From Microgenomates group bacterium (lineage in GTDB: Bacteria > Patescibacteriota > Microgenomatia > Daviesbacterales > UBA10151), in contig JBAZXP010000001.1 in the NCBI GenBank assembly GCA_041659805.1, positions 320,589-384,588 of the forward strand: a stretch of 64,000 nucleotides of DNA. The letters run 5' to 3'. Positions within the stretch are counted from its first letter, which is position 1, and each line of letters begins with the position of its first letter. The translations under genes and the position numbers were made by a program. This document shows positions 58,388-64,000 of the stretch, piece after piece. The notes below the pieces were generated by a model. The model ran no database searches. It saw only the letters and a list, made by a program, of their open reading frames with translations, and had not been told where the DNA came from.

Positions 58388-58972
58388 ATGGAAGATCTAT
58401 TTGTATCGCGTGTTCGGGTAAAACTCCTAACATTATTCTTAACTACCCAGGAAGATTTACTACATGTTAGGGAAATTGTGCGCCGTGTTGGCGAAGAAAT
58501 AAATGCTGTCAGACGCGAATTACAACGGATGGAAAAATTCGGTATGGTGGCTTCAGAATGGAGAGCAAACAGAAGATTATACCGTTTTCGAAAAGACTAT
58601 GTGTTTTATAGAGAACTCTTGGGTTTTGTCGCAAAGGATAGTGGTTTGGGAGGAGTAATCGTAAAAAACAAGAGTAAAATTGGCCGGATTAAATATACAA
58701 TGATGGCACTCCGATTTGTAAATAATAAACCTTCAAGTGCAGAAGATGTGGATTTGCTCGTTGTAGGGCAGATTGTTTTACCGGAATTGCAGGCGATTGT
58801 TGCTGATGAACAAGCGAAAAGAGAAGCAGAAATAAACTATTCCTTTATGGATGAAGCTGAATTTAATTTTCGTGTGAAGCGCCGTGACCCGTTTATTTTA
58901 AGAGTTATCACTCAACCTAAAGTAATGGTATTAGGGGATGAAGAAGAAATGCTATCCGGAATGAGATTTTAA
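58388..58972 (+). CDS. Winged-HTH plus nucleotidyltransferase-like protein
   Basis: LF.S..RVKLL..F, HVREI.R...E.INAVRREL (HTH); DVDLLVVG, E.NY..M. Confidence 0.75.
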   Translation: MEDLFVSRVRVKLLTLFLTTQEDLLHVREIVRRVGEEINAVRRELQRMEKFGMVASEWRANRRLYRFRKDYVFYRELLGFVAKDSGLGGVIVKNKSKIGRIKYTMMALRFVNNKPSSAEDVDLLVVGQIVLPELQAIVADEQAKREAEINYSFMDEAEFNFRVKRRDPFILRVITQPKVMVLGDEEEMLSGMRF

Positions 58973-60360
58973 TGAAGAAGCCCCGCATCGCTTTGTGGTC
59001 AATAATAATTTTTACTTTGCTGGCTATTTTAGTTAATCTTCCTTCAGCCAAAAATTTACCCAATAAATATGGGGGATTAAATTTAGGTTTTCTCAAAAAT
59101 GATAAAATTACGCTTAATTTATTTGGTAAAAAATTAGATTTAAGCTTTCTTGCTCCGGCTTCTATAACAGGCAGATTTCCAATTAAGTTGGGTTTAGATC
59201 TTCAGGGAGGTACAGAATTAATCCTGCAAACTGACATGTCAAAGATTGCTGCCTCTGATCGTGACAATGCATTGGAATCTGCACGTCAGATTATTGAAAG
59301 AAGGGTAAATCTGTACGGTGTTTCTGAAAGTGTGGTGCAATCTTCTAAATTAGGAGATCAACGAAGAATTTTAGTTGAACTACCGGGCGTTAAAGATTCT
59401 TCATCGGCTGCAAATTTAGTCGGGAAAACAGCTCTTTTGGAATTTAGGGAAATTCCTGCAACTGCTGCTGCTGAAGCAAGTAAATCAGGTATTCCGATTT
59501 TGGCATTTGCAGAGCCAACAGGACTTACAGGTGCGGATTTAAAAAAGTCGACAGTTACTTTTGGTTCCGGAGGAACAAAGGCTGGTCCGCAAGTCTCGAT
59601 CGAATTTACAAATATCGGAGCACAAAAATTTGGTGAAATTACTAAAAGAAATGTGGGGAAGCCTTTGGCGATATTTTTGGATGGATCACCGGTGAGCGCG
59701 CCTATTGTTGAACAGGAGATTTTGGGTGGAAGTGCAGTGATCTCAGGAAATTTTACTTCAACCGAGGCAAAGAATTTAAGTATTCAATTAAATGCAGGCG
59801 CATTACCTGTACCGATTGAGATTATTAAGCAACATTCAATTGGTGCGTCGTTAGGCAATGAGTCAGTTCAAAGAAGTTTAATGGCAGGATTTATAGGGAT
59901 TACCACAGTTATTATTTTTATGATTGCTTACTATGGAATTTATGGGATATTGGCTGATGTTGCCTTGATAATCTATACGCTTTTAGTTTTAGCTATTTTT
60001 AGAACTGGTTTATTTTTGATTCCTCCTGTGACTTTAACTTTAGCGGGTATTGCCGGATTCATATTATCAATCGGAATGGCAGTTGATGCCAATATTTTAA
60101 CATTCGAAAGGATGAAGGAAGAGTTAAGGTCAGGAAAAACCGGAAAACTGGCAATGGAGACAGGTTTTAATCGGGCTTGGACATCAATAAGAGATTCTAA
60201 TGTTTCATCGCTCATTACAGCTACTATTTTGTATGTATTCGGGACAAGTGTTGTGAAAGGTTTTGCTTTGACTTTGGCAATTGGTGTTTTAGTATCTATG
60301 TTTTCTGCTATTGTTGTAACAAGAACAATTTTAAGAATGTTACCAAGATTTAAAAAATGA
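58972..60360 (+). CDS. secD: Protein translocase subunit SecD
   Basis: LGLDLQGG, LNAGALP, TL.GIAG.ILSIGMAVDANIL.FER.KEE, I.DSN. Confidence 0.98.
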   Translation: MKKPRIALWSIIIFTLLAILVNLPSAKNLPNKYGGLNLGFLKNDKITLNLFGKKLDLSFLAPASITGRFPIKLGLDLQGGTELILQTDMSKIAASDRDNALESARQIIERRVNLYGVSESVVQSSKLGDQRRILVELPGVKDSSSAANLVGKTALLEFREIPATAAAEASKSGIPILAFAEPTGLTGADLKKSTVTFGSGGTKAGPQVSIEFTNIGAQKFGEITKRNVGKPLAIFLDGSPVSAPIVEQEILGGSAVISGNFTSTEAKNLSIQLNAGALPVPIEIIKQHSIGASLGNESVQRSLMAGFIGITTVIIFMIAYYGIYGILADVALIIYTLLVLAIFRTGLFLIPPVTLTLAGIAGFILSIGMAVDANILTFERMKEELRSGKTGKLAMETGFNRAWTSIRDSNVSSLITATILYVFGTSVVKGFALTLAIGVLVSMFSAIVVTRTILRMLPRFKK

Positions 60361-61232
60361 AATTTAAAGCAGCTAAACCACATTATGAATATTTAAGGAA
60401 AAAATGGATTGCGAAACAGAAATCTTCCTCGGAAAAATTCTTAACGACTCATTCTGATTCTTTGCGTAAGATGGCTGTCGGAGGATTGGGGGGATTGCTG
60501 CTTTTGACTACACCTGGGATGGCTTCAGGGGTGCCTTTAGCAACCCAGTCACATCAGACAGGAATTGGGAGTACTGAAGATAAAAATGCATTACTGGCAA
60601 AAGATTTGCAAAGTGAAGTTCCAACTGACACCAGCAACCTAACTGCAGATCAGGAAGCAAAAGTTCAGAGTACTTTATCAAATTATCTGGGGGTGAACGC
60701 TAAAGCAGAACTTGAAGGAATTAGATTAAATAGGACATATGGTGTAATTGGAGGTGAGCAACATTTATACCGTTATCCTGGTGACAATTTATATAAACAT
60801 GCAGAAAACGCGGCTGATTCAGCAATGTATATTCCTTCCGGTATTGCACCTGGTTTAGGAGCCTGGGGATATTGGGCACCATCAGAGACAGCTTTTACCC
60901 CAGAAATGAAAGAACAGGAGCGGTATTACTTGGCAGTACAGACTTTTTTAGTGCCGGGTTATGCTGAAAATGTCAAAAAATATTCAAACTTTTTTAAACA
61001 TCGTAAAATGGTAGTGGTTAATCCAAAAACAGGTCAGGCAGTTGTTGCTGTAATAGGAGACGCTGGTCCAGCAGAGTGGACAGGAAAACACTTAGGTGGT
61101 TCGCCTGAAGTGATGGAAGGTGTCGGTTTAGCAGGAGGACCAAGAAAAGGACCAGTACTTTACTTTTTTCTGGATGACCCGCAAAATAAAGTACCACTTG
61201 GTCCGCTTAAAGTATCAGGAGGAGGAAACTAA
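60357..61232 (+). CDS. Membrane-anchored hypothetical protein with a C-terminal RlpA/double-psi-barrel-like motif
   Basis: Hydrophobic segment near the N-terminus; V.N..TG..VV..I.DAGP motif. Confidence 0.55.
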   Translation: MKFKAAKPHYEYLRKKWIAKQKSSSEKFLTTHSDSLRKMAVGGLGGLLLLTTPGMASGVPLATQSHQTGIGSTEDKNALLAKDLQSEVPTDTSNLTADQEAKVQSTLSNYLGVNAKAELEGIRLNRTYGVIGGEQHLYRYPGDNLYKHAENAADSAMYIPSGIAPGLGAWGYWAPSETAFTPEMKEQERYYLAVQTFLVPGYAENVKKYSNFFKHRKMVVVNPKTGQAVVAVIGDAGPAEWTGKHLGGSPEVMEGVGLAGGPRKGPVLYFFLDDPQNKVPLGPLKVSGGGN

Positions 61233-61564
61233 TGGGATATTTCTATTCAAACTTAGTTGCTATAGAAACTTTAACAGAAAAACTTGATGAGATGGATATG
61301 ACAGAGTCTCAAAGAAAGCATTTGGCTGAGCTAATTGATTCAACCATTCATCAGGAAGTTTTGAATATTATCTTTGCCAGATTGACTGACACGGATAAAC
61401 TATTATTTATTGAAGAACTTAAAAAAGACCCCTCTAATCCTGAAATTCTTAAGTTATTGAATGATAAGGCAGGAGATATCGAAGATGAAATAAAAAAAGC
61501 AATTACAAAAATTAAAAAGGAATTACATGAGGATGTGGAAACTGCTAAAAGGGGAGGGGAATAA
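61232..61564 (+). CDS. Hypothetical helical protein
   Basis: 110-aa ORF, TAATG-coupled, SD GGAGG. Confidence 0.75.
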   Translation: MGYFYSNLVAIETLTEKLDEMDMTESQRKHLAELIDSTIHQEVLNIIFARLTDTDKLLFIEELKKDPSNPEILKLLNDKAGDIEDEIKKAITKIKKELHEDVETAKRGGE

Positions 61565-61565
61565 A

Positions 61566-62453
61566 ATGATTAATTTGATGGGGAAAAAATGGTGGTTTTT
61601 TATACTTTCTACGATCATGATTATCCCGGGTGTTATTTCGCTTTTCCTTTACGGATTAAAACTGGGAATAGATTTTTCTGGAGGAGCCCTTTTAGAATAT
61701 CGTTTTGAAAAAAATATTGATAAAGAAATTCTAAAACAAAATGTGAGCTTGGCAAAAGTAGAAGTGTCTTCTGTTACAGATTCGGGCTCTAATACTTATA
61801 TTATAAAAACTAAACCAATTAGTCAGGATGCCATTAATAATATCAGAGAGATATTAAATCAAAAATATGAAAAAGTTACAGAAGAAAGAGTCGAAAATAT
61901 CGGTCCCTCAATAGGCGCAGAGACAACCAAAAATGCCTTTATTGCTGTAATCGTTGCTTCAATCATGATTATTTTATATCTTGCGATTTCTTTTAGGAAA
62001 GTTCCGAAACCAGCTTCTTCCTGGAGATTTGGGGTTACAGCGGTAATAGCTCTTTTGCACGATGTTTTGCTTTTGCTAGGAGTTTTTTCTTTGTTGGGAC
62101 ATTTTTGGGGTGTTGAAATTGACACACTTTTTGTAACAGCTGTTTTAACTGTGATTGGATTTTCTGTTCATGATACGATCGTTGTTTTTGATAGAATCAG
62201 AGAAAATTTGCCCAAAAATTTATCCAAAAACTTTACAGAAGTTGCTAATATTTCTATCACTCAAACACTAGCTAGATCTTTAAATACTTCCCTAACAGTA
62301 GTCTTAGTACTTTTAGCAATGTTGCTTTTTGGTGGAGAATCAATTAGATGGTTTATCGTAGCGCTTCTTGTAGGAATAATTTCAGGAACATATTCTTCTA
62401 TTTTTAATGCCACAGCCCTTTTGGATGTTTGGGAAGAAAAACTCGGCCACTGA
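61566..62453 (+). CDS. secF: Protein translocase subunit SecF
   Basis: GIDFSGG, IGPSIG, ALLHD, IGFSVHDTIVVFDRIREN, RSLNTS, GTYSSIF. Confidence 0.98.
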   Translation: MINLMGKKWWFFILSTIMIIPGVISLFLYGLKLGIDFSGGALLEYRFEKNIDKEILKQNVSLAKVEVSSVTDSGSNTYIIKTKPISQDAINNIREILNQKYEKVTEERVENIGPSIGAETTKNAFIAVIVASIMIILYLAISFRKVPKPASSWRFGVTAVIALLHDVLLLLGVFSLLGHFWGVEIDTLFVTAVLTVIGFSVHDTIVVFDRIRENLPKNLSKNFTEVANISITQTLARSLNTSLTVVLVLLAMLLFGGESIRWFIVALLVGIISGTYSSIFNATALLDVWEEKLGH

Positions 62454-62454
62454 C

Positions 62455-63087
62455 ATGAAGATAGTTTATCGGGGTGGGTATAATAAGCATTCAGAAGAAA
62501 GTACTAAAAATTCACTTATCTTTGAATATGCAGATATTGTCAAGGAATTATTAAGTAAGGGTAAGAAAGTAGTGTATGTTACATTGGCAAAGCCAGATGG
62601 TTTTTATGATGAATATTTCTATCCACTTTTGCCCAAAACTATTCAGGTAGTAGATTCTAAAAATTTAGATAATGTTAATTGGTCAGATTTTGATGTAATT
62701 TTTTTGCTTGGTGGATTAACTATACAATTAGATGAATGTTTAAGAAGAAGTAAATTTTCTCTGGAATCTTTAAAAGAAGATGTCGTTTTGGTAGGAGATA
62801 GCGCGGGTGCTTATGTTTTATCCAAATATTATTTTGAAGATCACGACGATGTTAATGTGATTTTAGAATTTCGCAAAGGATTCTGTCCTCAGTCTAGAGT
62901 TATTACTGTAGCCCATGTTAATAATCCGCATTATGTAACACCTAAAATTTTGGAAGAGGTGCATGTATTTGCCAAAGAAAAAGGTATCAGGGTTTTGGAG
63001 CTGATTGAAAATGAATCAAAGCTGCTAGATTCAGAAGGTAATTTTGTTGATTTTGATATAAATCAATTGTTTGAAAAAATTATTTAA
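62455..63087 (+). CDS. Class I glutamine amidotransferase-like / peptidase S51 (dipeptidase E-like) protein
   Basis: D.IF..GG.T, nucleophile elbow GDSAGA, downstream His. Confidence 0.7.
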   Translation: MKIVYRGGYNKHSEESTKNSLIFEYADIVKELLSKGKKVVYVTLAKPDGFYDEYFYPLLPKTIQVVDSKNLDNVNWSDFDVIFLLGGLTIQLDECLRRSKFSLESLKEDVVLVGDSAGAYVLSKYYFEDHDDVNVILEFRKGFCPQSRVITVAHVNNPHYVTPKILEEVHVFAKEKGIRVLELIENESKLLDSEGNFVDFDINQLFEKII

Positions 63088-64000
63088 TTTCTTTAATTCT
63101 ATTTAATAAATATTCCTTATTATTTTTATTTGAGTCTTCTAAAACCTCTTCAAAAAGTTTTTGTAGAATTTCTCCAACTTTTTTACCAGGCTGAATATTT
63201 AAAGCTTCCATTACATCTTGTCCATTAATTTTTAAATCAGATATAGAAAAAGGTTTAGTTAAGACTTGTTTAATTCTGTCTTGGAATGCTTCCATTCTCC
63301 AGGAAACTGCTCTTTCAGTGCCTCCGCCTAATCTGTCTCCTATTCTTAGAGCGATTGCGTCATCTACGTTTTCCAGTTCTACATTATTAATGAATCTTCT
63401 GATTGCAGAATCTGTTTGATTTTCATCAACACTGAATTGATGCCAGCGGACAAGGCGGAATAATTTATCTGTTTGTTTTTTACTCATATTAAACCGTTTT
63501 GCAATTTGCAAGACTAGTCGGGAACCCACAACTTCATGGTTGTGAAAACTTACATTGCCTGTTGTGTCTGTTTTTGCGGTTGAAGGTTTGCCGATATCAT
63601 GAAGAAGTGCTGCGAATCTAACTAAAGGATCTTCGGAAGGCACCGTTTTAAGGGCAAGTAGGGAGTGCTCACCTATATCATAAACTCTTGCATGCTTTGG
63701 ACCTTCTTGTGCAACTCCGAAACAACTTTCTACTTCGGGTAAAATAATTTGCAGAATCCCCGCTTCTCTCAGTTTTAATATACCTATGTATGGATTCGTA
63801 GATGCAAGGATAGCAAAAAGTTCATCTCTCACTCTCTCTTGTGCAATTTCCTTAATTAATGAAGCATCGTCACGGATTGATTTAAAAGTATTTTTTTCTA
63901 TATCAAATTCTAATTGGGTGGCGATTCGGATTGCCCGCATCATTCGGAGCGCATCTTCTTTAAAGCGGTTATTCGGGTCACCCACAGCCTTGATCAGATG
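63080..64000 (-). CDS. cca: CCA tRNA nucleotidyltransferase with HD domain (5' truncated by window)
   Basis: VGDP..RF.EDALRM.RA.R, ERV.DEL, ALLHDIGK, L.I.G.D.M......PG..VG. Confidence 0.92.
   Translation of the reverse strand, partial: HLIKAVGDPNNRFKEDALRMMRAIRIATQLEFDIEKNTFKSIRDDASLIKEIAQERVRDELFAILASTNPYIGILKLREAGILQIILPEVESCFGVAQEGPKHARVYDIGEHSLLALKTVPSEDPLVRFAALLHDIGKPSTAKTDTTGNVSFHNHEVVGSRLVLQIAKRFNMSKKQTDKLFRLVRWHQFSVDENQTDSAIRRFINNVELENVDDAIALRIGDRLGGGTERAVSWRMEAFQDRIKQVLTKPFSISDLKINGQDVMEALNIQPGKKVGEILQKLFEEVLEDSNKNNKEYLLNRIKEIK

Noticed and set aside
167-62125. Many short antisense or alternate-frame ORFs in the ORF track (e.g. 4564-4914, 37174-37689, 40055-40543, 42034-42402, 59973-60383)
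   Set aside because: They lie within well-supported conserved genes and have no motifs or expression signals; shadow ORFs
1-64000. CRISPR arrays, IS/transposases, rRNA, introns, recoded stop codons
   Set aside because: No repeat-spacer arrays, transposase motifs or rRNA-like segments seen; conserved genes are uninterrupted and TGA acts as a stop (e.g. comM, secF)

Overview
AT-rich bacterial chromosome segment with hallmarks of a Candidate Phyla Radiation (Patescibacteria, probably Microgenomates) genome: rpmD (uL30) is missing from the spc operon, RNase P RNA is minimal, and most genes lack a Shine-Dalgarno sequence. The taxonomy is my inference. Positions 1-17.7 kb hold the fusA(3')-tuf-rpsJ / rplC...secY-adk-map-infA-rpmJ / alpha-rplM-rpsI ribosomal supercluster. 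Next come a PrkA-YeaH-SpoVR triad, a SAM-I riboswitch with metK, a TsaC-phosphohexomutase fusion, and a fermentative block (ppsA, eno, SDR, ferredoxin, 2-oxoacid:ferredoxin oxidoreductase, and an acetate-CoA ligase fused to a ferredoxin-NAD(P) reductase domain). The rest holds tRNA-Pro, recA/recX, rny, HU, a TrpR-like regulator, miaA, rnpB, comM, a HigBA-type toxin-antitoxin pair, split secD/secF and cca (partial). Best leads: (1) a palindrome ATGTATCCATACAT shared by the TrpR-like gene promoter, the recA upstream region and (one mismatch) miaA, suggesting a non-LexA regulon; (2) the ACD-FNR fusion module; (3) a structured attenuator leader upstream of rplC; (4) 8-bp-period DNA repeats inside ribosomal-protein tails. 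All calls come from reading the sequence; no searches were run.
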